Shown: one piece after another, positions 26,856 to 41,910 of the stretch
Layout of the letters: the number at the start of each line of letters is the position of its first letter
How positions within the stretch are numbered: position 1 is the stretch's first letter
The notes under the pieces: generated by a model
Seen by the model: the letters and a program-made list of their open reading frames with translations, nothing else
Database searches by the model: none
What the model was told of the DNA's origin: nothing
Program-made: the position numbers and the translations under genes
Assembly (NCBI GenBank): GCA_000004695.1
Contig: CM000151.3
Coordinates: 3,936,001 to 4,000,000 of the forward strand
DNA length: 64,000 nt
Direction: 5' to 3'
Source of the DNA: Dictyostelium discoideum
Taxonomy: Eukaryota

Positions 26856-27049
26856 CCTCTCCCCTTTAATAGAAAAACAAAAATCTTTGTAAAAAATCCA
26901 GAAACAATCTTTGTAATGGAAGATTTATTAATGCAAAAGATTGATCCAATTGGTTACAAGAATAGAGTACAAGCATACAAAGAAAATGAAAAATTGGCTC
27001 AAATGAAACAAGGTAAACACTCAATGAAACAAAAATGTCTTATTCAATA
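24245..27049 (+). CDS. myoK: Class I myosin MyoK: motor domain with a long Gly/Pro/Arg-rich insertion in a surface loop, almost no tail, C-terminal CAAX box. Three exons: 24245..24430, 24554..26766, 26873..27049.
   Basis: Myosin head motifs are present: GESGAGKT (P-loop), NDNSSRFGK (switch I), LDIYGFE (switch II). A GGPPPTRGRGGPPPP... insertion of about 150 aa follows the P-loop. The converter is KTKIFVKNPETIFVMEDLL. The protein ends ...KQKCLIQ* (CLIQ = CAAX prenylation motif), as described for Dictyostelium MyoK. Confidence 0.85.
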
Positions 27050-27500
27050 AATTAATTTATTAGAAAAAAAAAAAAAAAAAAAAAAAAAAAACATAAACAT
27101 AAAAATAATAATAATAATAATAATTATAATAATAAAAATAAAAATATCAAATCAACAAATAATGTACTTTAAAAATAAAAAAATAAAAAATAAAATATTT
27201 ATTCCGAAAATTTATATTAAGTTTGTTTATTGTTTTTTTTATTTTTTTTTTAAAATAACTAATTTTCCATAAAACTATTGTCAAATTTTCAATGTGGTTA
27301 ATTACCCACAAACTTTTTTTTTATTTTTTTTATTTTTCAGTAATAATTTAATTTTTGGAGAAGATGTGGAAAATAACAAACCACAACACAAGGCAATTTT
27401 TTTTTTTAAATAATTATTTTAAAACAATATAAATATTTGTGGTTTTTGTTTTAATTTTGTTAAATTTTTTTATAAAAAAAAATAAAATCATATATCAAAT

Positions 27501-28860
27501 ATGAAATTATTTATTTTAATTATAATTTTATCTTTTTTTTTAAAAAATGTTTATTGTAAAAATAATTTCAAAATTGTAGATCCAAAATATGTAAAAGAAA
27601 TTCATTCAAATGAAGCTTCAGTTATTTACATTTTGGATAATAAAAATAATCTCTGGGCAAAAAATACAACTGAAAATTTTGAATCTAAACATCTTATTAA
27701 ATTAATTCCATTGGAAAATCCAAAGATATTAGGATCATTTTTAAATGATACTGTAAGTGTTTCAATTAAATATATATTATAATAAAAATAATTAATTTTA
27801 AATAATAATTAATATTTTAGTTAATATTAAATTAAAAAAATTCAAAATAATATAGTTGTTTATTATTGGTTCAAAATACCAAGAATTATATTATAACTAT
27901 AAAATATTTGACCCTTTATTTAAACCCATATTATTGATTTCAAATTACAATAATTATCACTATTCAATGAATATTCAAGATGGTGGTAAATCTATTAATT
28001 TTTATTCAATGACAACAAAGAGAAATCAAGGTATTGATTATTTTTCAATTTCAATTGAAAATCTTAATATTAAAGATTCAAATTTTGAAAATGTTATCAA
28101 TTTAAATGCTTTAACCAACAATAATAATAAATTATTTATAACTAATATTAGTGTTGATTCAAAATCAATTGAATCTTTCAAGTTTTCTCATGATAAATAT
28201 AATGATATTTATCGTTGTTTAATTAAAGAAAAACAAACCAATAATACATGGATAGTTTCATTGGAAAAAGGATCAATTGGAATGTTTAAGGTTGATATGG
28301 GAGTTGTTAATTTTGATAATATTATATTTGTTTCAAAAGATTTTAAATCTATGATGTTTAGTTATATTGGTAATCATAGTAATTTAATGGCTGTATCCTG
28401 TGATTTAAAAAATAATATAACTAATATTGAAGAAATGGTTTTACAATCACCTAATAATTCCTATCAAATTATTTCAGATGCAAATAAGGAATTTATGTTT
28501 TTATCTTGCAAGACTTTGGCAGAATGCTTTTTACATACATTTTCATCAATTGATTTTTCCTTTATTTCAACAACAAGATTATTTAGATTAAATTTGGATG
28601 GTAATACTCCACTCTCAATTAACTCTGTTTATTATGTTTTCAGAAGAAATAGAATTGAATTAAATGATGAAGATGATACTATACTTATTGCAATCCTAGT
28701 TCCAATATTTACTTTTTCCTTAGTACTTTTAGTTGGCTTATCTTATTATTTTATTGTTGTAAAAAACAAATCACAAAATAAACACAAAGAAAAAAAATTG
28801 GAAAGTGTTGAAATTCCAAAAGATATAATAACAAGTGGTGCTGACTTTGAAATTGATTAA
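27501..28860 (+). CDS. Type I membrane glycoprotein-like hypothetical protein: signal peptide, large N-glycosylation-site-rich ectodomain, one C-terminal TM helix. Two exons: 27501..27752, 27856..28860.
   Basis: N-terminal hydrophobic signal MKLFILIIILSFFLKNVYC. In-phase intron GTAAGT...TATAG. C-terminal TM ILIAILVPIFTFSLVLLVGLSYYFIVV followed by a basic stop-transfer KNKSQNKHKEKK. No recognisable family. Confidence 0.55.
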
Positions 28861-31203
28861 TATTTAAAAAAAATAAAATAAAATAAAATTAATAAAACAA
28901 AAAAAAAATTAATATCCTCTACCATCTAATATATATATATACTGAAATATTTTTTTATTATGTTAATATTTAAAAAAACAAATAACCAAATCAGTTTTAA
29001 GGTGTCACCATTCGGTTCTCTCACCTAGGCACATCAGCCAATTTTAAAATTGTTTTTTTTTTTTTTTTTTTTCCAATTGCAAAAATAAAAAAAAAGTTTT
29101 GATTTGAATCTGGTTTAATAATTGGTTCTAATATTATAATTCCAACTAGTTAAAATTTAACTATTTCAAGTTCATCTAATATTATTTTAAATCAAATTAA
29201 TATTGATGGCATATTTTATTAATATTTCAACATTTCAATTTAATAAATGTTGGGATGTATAATTAAAAAAAAAAAAAATAAAAAAAAAAAAAAAATAAAA
29301 AAATATTATCAAAAAGGATTAAAAATAAAAAAAAAAACCAATTTCTTTTATTTTATATTATTTTTTATTATAAATAACAAGTTTAATTTCTATTTTATTT
29401 TATTTTATTTTATTTAAATTAATTTTATTTTTTATTATAAACAACAAGTTTTGACTTTGTTTTTTTTATTATAAATAACAAAATATTTTAAACCTTGTTT
29501 TTTATATTTAAACTATAATTAAACCTGGGGAAATAACTGGTGATTAAAAGAACTTCAATTTGTTGTTATGTTTTGCTAATTGGGAAAATTAACAAAAAAA
29601 AAAAGATTTTTTTTTTTTCCAAAATCCCGAAAAATTTAAGGAAAAAAAGAAATAAAAATATAATAAGAATTGGAATAATAATAAAAAAAACAAAAAAAAA
29701 AAAGTTGGAGATGAAAATAGATTAATAATTTTAACTTAATAAATAATGAGTAAAAAATTTTTTTTTTTTTTTTTTTTTTCTTTATTATTATAAAAAAAAA
29801 TTCCTCTCCAATGCTAAAAAAAAACAATCATTGCCCCACCATTTTAACCTTTTTTTTTTAAAAAACGACAAGATTTTTTTTTATTTTTTTATTTTATTTT
29901 TATTTTATTTTATTTTTTTATTTTTTACTTTTTTTTTTTTTTAAAATTTTTTTTTTTTTTTCAACAAAGCTACTTTTTTTTTTATTTTTTTTTTTTTTTT
30001 TTTTGTTCACATTCATAGCATAATAATAATTATTGTTGTTATTAAAATTTCAAAAATTATTGTGTTATAGCATTTGAAGTTTTATTTTTTTATATATATT
30101 AATTATATATATATTTTTTTTCAAAAAAAAAAAAATTAAAGTGAAGAAGAGGTAAATACAACTAAAAAAAAAAATTTAAAAAAAAATTAATATATATATA
30201 TATATATATCTATTATATTGTATTTATATATATGTATATATATATATATTGGTTATTTATAAATAGTTGTTTTACCTCTTTTAAATTTTTAATTTTTTTT
30301 TTTTTTTTTTCTAAAATCTTCCTGTTTCCTTTTTTTATTAGATCTTTTTTTTTTTTTTAATTTTTTTTTTATATTTTTTTTTTTATATTTTTTTTTTTTT
30401 ATTTTTAAATTTTATTTATTTTATTTTATTTTATTATTTTTTTTTTTTGAACTAAAAAACTAAAAAACAAAAAACAAAACAAATAAAAAAATATAGAAAA
30501 ATAAATAAATAATAAATAATAAAAAATACATAATAAAACCTTCACCTATGGAATGGCAAATGCTATAAATATATTTTGTAAAAAGAAATAAATATAAAAT
30601 CTATAAAAAAAAAAAAAAAAAAAAAAAAGTAATAATTAAAATTGTTCAAATAATTCAGTTATATCTTTATTTTTATATTTTTAATTTTTATTATTTTTAT
30701 ATTTTTTTTCAAACCCACACACCCCACAGGATAATATTTTTAAAAAAAAAATAAAAAAAAATAATAAAAGAAAGGGGGATTTTGATTATTTATACTGTTA
30801 TTTTTGCCCGATTAGATTCATTATATTTTTTTTTTCTTTTGTCTACTAATTTTTAGGAATAAAAGTATGAAAATCACAATGTAATCAACACCAATTTCCG
30901 AATATTTTTATTATAAAAAAATCTATTTTTTTTTTTATATTTTTTTTTTATATTTTTTTTTTTTTTTATTAATAATTTTTTTTTTTTATTAATAATTTTT
31001 TTTTTTTTTTTTTTTTTATTATCATAAATTATATTGTATATCTATTTTATTTTTTTATATAATGTTTATTATTTATATTAATAAAGAATCATTTCTTTAA
31101 TAGATAATATTTTATTATTTTAATTGTGTGTTGTACTATTCATTTTTTTTTCAAAATCAATTATTATTATTATTTTTTTTTTTTTTGTGTTGCATTAAAA
31201 TTA

Positions 31204-31234
<31 letters not shown>

Positions 31235-31430
31235 CCTTAAATTAATAATAATAATAATAAAAAAAATTACAGGGAATAGAAACCGAATCTGCAAATAATA
31301 TTTTTTTTCAATTTCTTTCCGTCTTTTATACCGATTTAGTACCTACATCCAATAATAATAATAAAAACCAGTTTTTTTTTTTTTTTTTCAAATTCTACTT
31401 ACTTTACCAAAAGCATTACACTATTTCCTA

Positions 31431-34400
31431 ATGATGACAACAACTTTATCAAATTCTCAATTGCCAAAATTATCATCTTCAACACCATCAACATCATCAA
31501 TTAAACAAAGAAAATTACAAAATTCAAATAATAGTCCCAATACTGATAATGCACCACCATCATCATCATCATCATCATCACCACCACCACCATCTTCAAC
31601 AACATTAGCAACACCACCAGCAATTAATAATTTAGTATCTCCTTCAAATAACCCACTTTTGGAACATCCAAATCCAACACAAACATTTCCACATTTTAAT
31701 GATCTAAAAGCTGGTCATGCTTTAAGTAAAGCATATCAAGATCATCATGTTGATAATGGTAGTAATCTCAATAGTTTAAATTCTCATTTACTTCAACTAC
31801 CTGGTATTAAATCAAATCTTAATATTTTTAATAATAATAATAATACCAATAATAATAATAATAATGAAGATAAATTAAGTAATAATAACAATGGCAACAA
31901 TAGCTTAGTAAATAGTAGTGGTAGTGGTATTATTAGTAGCAGTAGTAATAATAACACACCAACAAAGAGAAGTAGTAGTAACACTTTTCAAAGAGTAGTT
32001 GACCCAGATGAAGAACCATTGAATGTTTATTCAATTAGTGGTTTCCTTTCAAAGTCTTTGATATTTTTAATTTCTTTACTTCCATCTCGTTTAGTTGAGA
32101 AATTATTATTATTATTTGCTTGGTTACAATATGAACTTTTAAAAGCAAAAGGTAGAAATCTTGGTGGTACTCAACAAAGTTTTTCAAAATTAAAGGTAAA
32201 TTATAAATTATAAATTATGTAAAATATTAATTTATTTTATGATTTTTTTTTATTAATATATATTGTTGTTTTTTTTTTTTTATATATATATATATTTAAT
32301 AGAAAAAAAGAAAATCACAAAAGAAAAAGAAGAATAAATTATTAACAGCAAGTTTAACACCATCGTCATCGAGTTCAACTGCTGCAATTCTATCATCTAT
32401 TCAAACAACTGGTGGACCAATTCCAGTTGCTCATTCAAAATCTTCACCATTGGTTGCGACAAAACACCAAAGAAGATCATCATTATCGACATCGACACCG
32501 GGATTAAATTCAATTTTAAAAGCCCATACTAAACCACCCATCTTAGGTGGTAGTAATAGTAATAGTAGTAATAATATCGTTGGTTTAGGTTCTTCATCCA
32601 TATCACCATTGAATGGTCATCATGGTACTGGTATTCAACATTTAAATGCTATTAAAGATAAATTAGCTCATCAACAACAAAAGCATTTACAACATAGAAT
32701 TCACTTACATCAACAAGCTCAACAACAAGCACAACAACAACAAGCACACCAACCACAACAAGAATTAAAATTATTCCCAACAACTAGTATTCCTGATCAA
32801 ATTCCAGTTACCGCCACTGGACAACCATCAACACCAACTATTAAATTAACAAGTGTTGATTCAACACCAGAGTTTGAATCACCAATTTCAACTACAATCA
32901 ATGAGAATGATGAAGAAAAATCAACAGAACAACAAGATCATCACCAAGAAGAAGAAGAAGAACAACAACAACAACAACAACAACAACCATTGGCTGATAT
33001 TGATTTCACTAAAATTAACTTTAAACATAGACCATCAATTACTGAATTAGAATCTTCAGATAGTGATACTAGTAATAAGAGTGGTATTACAAATTTAAAA
33101 GTTACTTTCTCTGATAATCTTAATAACCACCTCAACAATAACAACAATAACAATAACAACAACAATGGTAAAATGTTAGATTGGAATACTTATTTAAATC
33201 CAAACGATTATCGTTTAGGTAATCATCAAATGAGTCAAGAGAATTTAATGTTACAACAACATAGTCAACATTTACAAAAACAACAAAAACAATTACAACA
33301 TCATCATAATATGAATCAATCTGATGAGGAGAATTCAAATGAAGATATTCCAACAATGGGTAGACATCGTTCAGATTCAATTTCAGTATTACCATCGTTA
33401 GTAACAAAACCAATTTCTGAAATTCGTAGAGTAAACTCTGAACAAACTTTATTCCAATCGTCAGAGGATACACTTAGATTTGAAGCCAATCAACAAAGTA
33501 AGAAAGAATTTGAAGACTTTTTACGTTCAGTTAAGGATATTAAAGATGTTCATAATTGGTTAAGAAATTTCAGTGGTTCCGCCTCTAAAAAGATTGCCAT
33601 CGTTAAAATCTCTCGTAGAATTTTAGATACTCCATATGGTATTGAAAGTGCTGCCGCCTCTTTATGTTTTATGTACAAGTTTGGTCTATACCCAATTGTA
33701 ATTCATGGTGGTATGAATGATATCTCAAAGTTACCAATTAGTCAAGTGGTTAAAGAACGTAGAATGAGATCTGCCCTCTTGAAAGAAGCAATCAAAAAGA
33801 ATGGTGTAGGTTGTAGTGTTTTGACACCTGATATTTGTGAAATTGAACCATTCATTCAACCAGAGGGCAATGGAAGTGGTGGAGATACTTCATCCGATCT
33901 CTCTGGTGATGAGATTGAGTATGGTCAAAATGATATTCTCCCAAGTGGTGGGTTAAGTATGAAAATCGATTCTTTCGATTACGATATCCTAACTCAAGTT
34001 TTAGATAAAGGTAAAATTCCAGTGTGGGATTCAGTTTGTGAATCGGTCGATGGTGTTGATATCCCTATCAACTCGGATATCACCACTTTTGAATTGGCAA
34101 AACGTATTCAACCTTACAAGATTCTATTCGCTTGCAATGATGGTGGTATTCTAGATAGTGATCATAAGGCCATACCAGTGGTATATATGGATCAAGATTA
34201 TCAAACCTTGATAGAGGCCGACCATACAACCAATCGTCGTAGGGTTCAATTGAAACAAATGAAAAGAATCGTTGATAATTTACCATCATCCACAACGGTT
34301 GTCGTCACTTCCATTGAAAATGTCACACATCAATTGTTGTTCCCTCGTTTAGCCAATGGTACTATCATTAAAAAGTCTGAAGAGAACAAAGTATTAATAT

Positions 34401-34879
34401 TTGATAATACAAATTATCAAAACATCGATATGGATAGACTCAAAGAATTGATTGAAAATAGTTTTGGAAAAATGTTATCCACCGATTATTTCGATTACTT
34501 GAAAGATTCCCTCTATAGATTATATCTTTGTGTTTCATCCGATGGTGAATACAATGGTTGTGCAATCGTAACTTTTAAAGAACCAGATTATATTCCTTAT
34601 CTTTGTAAGTTTTGTGTGAAAAAGAGTGCTCAAGGTTTGGGTTTAGGTGATCTCGTTTGGAGAGCTCTTCAAAGAGATAATGAAAAACTCTATTGGAGAT
34701 CAAGAAATAGTAATCCATTAAATCCTTGGTATTTCCAAAGATGTCAAGGTAGCTTTAGAGCTGATGAATCTTTCACTATCTTTTGGTATGGTGATGATAA
34801 ATTTGAAGATGGTAGTTTCTTGGTTGAAACTGCTTTAAGTAAACCAGTTACAATTATTCCAAATCCAACAGTTTCATAA
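31431..34879 (+). CDS. N-acetylglutamate synthase, vertebrate/fungal type (amino-acid-kinase fold + GNAT N-acetyltransferase domain), with a long low-complexity N-terminal region. Two exons: 31431..32195, 32303..34879.
   Basis: The C-terminal 450 aa contain an AAK-fold signature (KIAIVKISRRIL...YPIVIHGG) and a NAGS-type NAT domain (YLCVSSDGEYNGCAIVTF...KFCVKKSAQGLGLGDLVWRAL...WYFQRCQGSF). Exon 1 (S/P/N-rich) joins in phase 0 via GTAAAT...AATAG. Confidence 0.65.
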
Positions 34880-35712
34880 TAATAATAAAAAATTAAAAAA
34901 AAATTGAACAAATAATAAAACCAAATAATAAATAATAATAAATAATAGTAATAAAATATGAAATTTAAAAATTTAAATAAAAAAAAAAAAAAAAAAAAAA
35001 TAGGTTTTAATGACTAAATTTTAATAATAAAAATCTCACCCAGATCTTTTTTTCTTTTATAAAGGTTGGAATATAAATATTGAATGAAGTTCCATTTTTT
35101 TTTTTTTTTTTTCCTCAAAACTTTGGAACAAAATAATAATAAGAAATTTTGCCAAAAAAAAAAAACAATTCCAATAGAATTAAGATACTTTGACTACCAT
35201 TAATTATCATTTAATGATAAAGAATATTGAAGTGATCGTATTATAAATTGATGGATGATCATGACAAGTCAATGATGATATTAAAAATAAATAATAAATC
35301 ATAATAAAAAAAAATAATAGAATAATAAATTTTTTTTTTTAAGTTGGGGATTGAAAAATAAAAAAATTTTAAAAAAAAAAAAAAAAATAATTTATTAATT
35401 TTTTAAGTTACAAATTCATACATACCAAAAAAACACCTTTTAAAAAAGTTTAGCCGCCTTTTTTTATTTTTTTTTGGTTCAAATTATTTGAAAATAAAAA
35501 ATAAAAAAAAATTTTTTATTTTTTTTTTTTTAATTTTAAGTTTATTTTTTTATTTTTTTTTTCTCCAAGATTCTTTTTATTAAAATTTATTTTGTAATAA
35601 ACTTAAAAAACACTACCACTATATTTTCCCACGCTGTAAAAACAAAAAAACAAAAAACAAAAAAAATAAAAAGAAAAAAAATCTAAGAATCAAATACAAA
35701 ACTTTAAAAACA

Positions 35713-38843
<3,131 letters not shown>

Positions 38844-38976
38844 ATAAACAAAATAAATAAATAAATAATATATAAAATAAATTAAATAAATAAATAATAT
38901 ATTTGTCAATTCTTTTCTTTTTTTTTTTTTATTTTTTTTTTTATTTTTAAATATATACAATTTTATTTTATTTTTA

Positions 38977-39525
38977 TTAACCTGCTTTAAATAAAAGTAC
39001 AGAATGTTTATTAATGTTAAAATAAATAAAATTTTTAGTTTCGTGTGTTACAAATGAACCAAAACTTTTTCCAACTATACAATGCCATGTTGGTGAATAC
39101 TTTTTATCAAATTCTAAAATAAATATTATTAGTAAATTTATAAATATACTTTAATTACTAAACATGTGTTTTTTTTTTTTTTTTTTTTTTTTTTGATACT
39201 TACCTTTTTTAATAATCATAGCTATATCTCTTTCAATATTTGTTTCTTCAAAAGCTTTAATTGTACATTCTGTTGCATCTTGTTGCATAAAATCTATAAA
39301 AATAAATAAATAAAATGTTAATTATTATGTGTAACAAACATTGTGTAATTTTTTTTTTTTATTTTTTTTTTTATTAAGATTTTTTTTTTTTAAAAACGCG
39401 CGAAATATATATATCTCGTGTGTGTTAATTATTTTATTTATTAAAAAAAAAAATATATGTATATATATAATCTTACCTGGCATATCAGCATTTTTAACAT
39501 TTATTATATATTTATTTGAAGACAT
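38977..39525 (-). CDS. Dynein light chain LC8 (DYNLL). Three exons: 39477..39525, 39204..39293, 38977..39113.
   Basis: Assembled protein [16 protein letters not shown]|[30 protein letters not shown]|[45 protein letters not shown] (89 aa) matches LC8 almost residue by residue ([38 protein letters not shown]......LLFK.G). Two phase-1 introns with GTAAGA/GTAAGT donors. Confidence 0.9.
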
Positions 39526-39880
39526 TTTTTTTTTTTTTTTTTTTTTTCCCCTTTTACTTTTATATTATATAAATATAGAATAATATAAAAAAAAAAAATA
39601 AACAAATAAATTAAAAAAAAAAAAATTAAAAAACTAAAAAAAGTGTGTGGACAAAATGAAAAATGATGAAAATTTTTTTTTTTTTTTTTAAATTTACAAA
39701 TTTTCACATTTTTTTTTTTTTTTTTTTTTTTTTCAATTAATTTATTGGAAAAAAAGATTTTTTTAAAAAAATTTTTCCGATAAAAAAAAGGTTGTAAACG
39801 AACCCCCAGTTAAATAATAACAACAACAATAATAATAAAAATAAACACTATATAATATATATATATATATTTATAAAATA

Positions 39881-40547
39881 ATGAAGAAGGGAATAGCTAA
39901 AATATTTTGTGTTATAGGAATTTCTATATTTTTACACACTGTTTATTCTGCACTTCAACGTATGTTTTTTTTTTTTTTTTTTTTTTCTTCAAAAATCCAC
40001 TTTTTTTTTTTTTCCACTTTTGTTTTATATTTTCCAAATATTAATATTAATTTTTTTTTTTTTTTTTAAAATTAAACAAATAGATAGAAAATATTTAAGA
40101 TTAACAGATCAACCATTCGAGGGTGTTCCTTTTGATGTAAGAGTTAAAATTATAATAATTTAAAAAATAATAATAATAATAATTATTTTTTAAATTAAAA
40201 TCTATTAACACTTTATTATTATTATTATTATTATTTTTAAGATTGTGGTCGAGTGTATTATATCTTTATTTTTATTTGCGTGGGGTATTATAAATTCACA
40301 ATTTTTAATACCAATTAAAGCATCAACTCATTTAGCAAAAAAGTATTTTCATTTATTTTTTTTTATTCCACTCCAATTTATTTTTAATTTTACTTTTTTT
40401 TTTTTAAAAAAAAAAAAATTATTAATATTAATATTATTATAATTAATTTTTATTATTTTTAGGAGTTTCGATTCATATGACTATAGACCAAATTTTACAG
40501 TTTTTAATCATAGAGGAAAATATTTAAATGAAATTTTAAATAAATAG
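39881..40547 (+). CDS. Membrane magnesium transporter / ER membrane protein complex subunit 5 (MMGT1/EMC5)-like small membrane protein. Four exons: 39881..39959, 40084..40136, 40242..40342, 40463..40547.
   Basis: Assembled protein [26 protein letters not shown]|[18 protein letters not shown]|[21 protein letters not shown]...HLAKK|[27 protein letters not shown] parallels human MMGT1 (AAQHRSYMRLTEKED..LPIDIVLQTLLAF...[21 protein letters not shown]). Splice phases are consistent (1,0,2). Confidence 0.6.
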
Positions 40548-40616
40548 GATATTGGTTTTTTTGTAAATAAAATAAAAAAAAAAAAGGTACGATATATATA
40601 AAATATATAAATTTTA

Positions 40617-40667
<51 letters not shown>

Positions 40668-41235
40668 AAATGTGTTGGCTTTTTGTTTTTTTAAAGAGAT
40701 TCTTTTTATATATATTCCAAATTTTTTTTTTTTCCATTTTTTTCCTGTGTATTTGGATGATATATTTTTTAAATTTCTTTTTGATATCTTTTAGAAATAA
40801 CATTTAAAAAAAAGATTTTTTTTTTTTTAAGATTTTTTTATTTTCTAAAAATGGTCAATGCAGGTTAAAGTTTTTTTTTATTTTATTTTATTTTTTTTTT
40901 TAGTTTTTTTTTTATTTTTTTTAAAAAAACTTTTTTTTATTTTTTTCCTTTTTTAATTATTTTCTTTTACAACACTCGTGGTTTAAAAACTTATACACTC
41001 ATAAGTTAAAAAAAATAAAAATAAACTAGATACATTTCTTAATACTCTTTTTTTTTAAACAAAAAAAAAAAAAAAAAACCAAAAATAAAAACAAAAAAAG
41101 AAATAGTATAATAGAAATAAAAAAAAAAAATAAAAAAAATAATAAAAAAAAAATAAATAAATAAATAATAAAAAAATATATTTATAAGAAAAAGGAATTG
41201 TTTTAAAATTAAAAAAAAATAAAAAAAAAAAAAAA

Positions 41236-41869
41236 ATGAAAAAAACATTTGTAAAGATACTATCTAAATCATATGTTGAAGGATATCCAGTTGGTTTTTT
41301 TATTGGATTAATCATTTTGGCAATATTTGGTTCAATGGTATGCATATTTTCATTTATGCATTATAGTGAAGAAGAGAATTCCAATATACAAATGGATTTA
41401 GAGAGATCTTCAAAACAAATCATTCATAATATTCAAATGAATGCAATGTATTTATTATCCTCAATTGATACTTTAAAGGTAAGTCAATACTTTAATATTA
41501 ATAATTTACTACTATATATATGGAAAATTTCATAAATAATATACAGGCTATTATTAATAATTGGAATTTTTTTTTTTTTTTTGAAGGCACTATATTATGT
41601 AAATCCAAATTTCGATAGAAATGATTTTAATGTATTTTTAAATACGACATTAAAGAATTCAGAATTTCAATATTTATTTTGGATAAAAAAGATAAATAAT
41701 AATGATAGGAATTGCTTTGAAGAGAAATTTTCAAAAGAAATTAAAGATACTTTTCAAATTTATTCTTTTGATGAAAATACAAATTCAATTCATGTTGCAA
41801 AAAATAAATCCTCTTATTTTCCAATTTTACATGCTTTTCCAGATATTAATAAAGTAATTATTTTTTTAT

Positions 41870-41910
<41 letters not shown>

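Noticed and set aside
28975-29050. Box C/D snoRNA on the minus strand (CUGAUGU ... CUGA)
   Set aside because: The C box is imperfect and no 5'/3' terminal stem flanks the boxes. It is kept only as a generic candidate small RNA in the findings.
41055-41345. ORF 41055..41345 (-) MHTIEPNIAKMINPIKK...
   Set aside because: It is antisense to acgA exon 1 and runs into poly-F from the A-rich promoter. It has no support as a gene.
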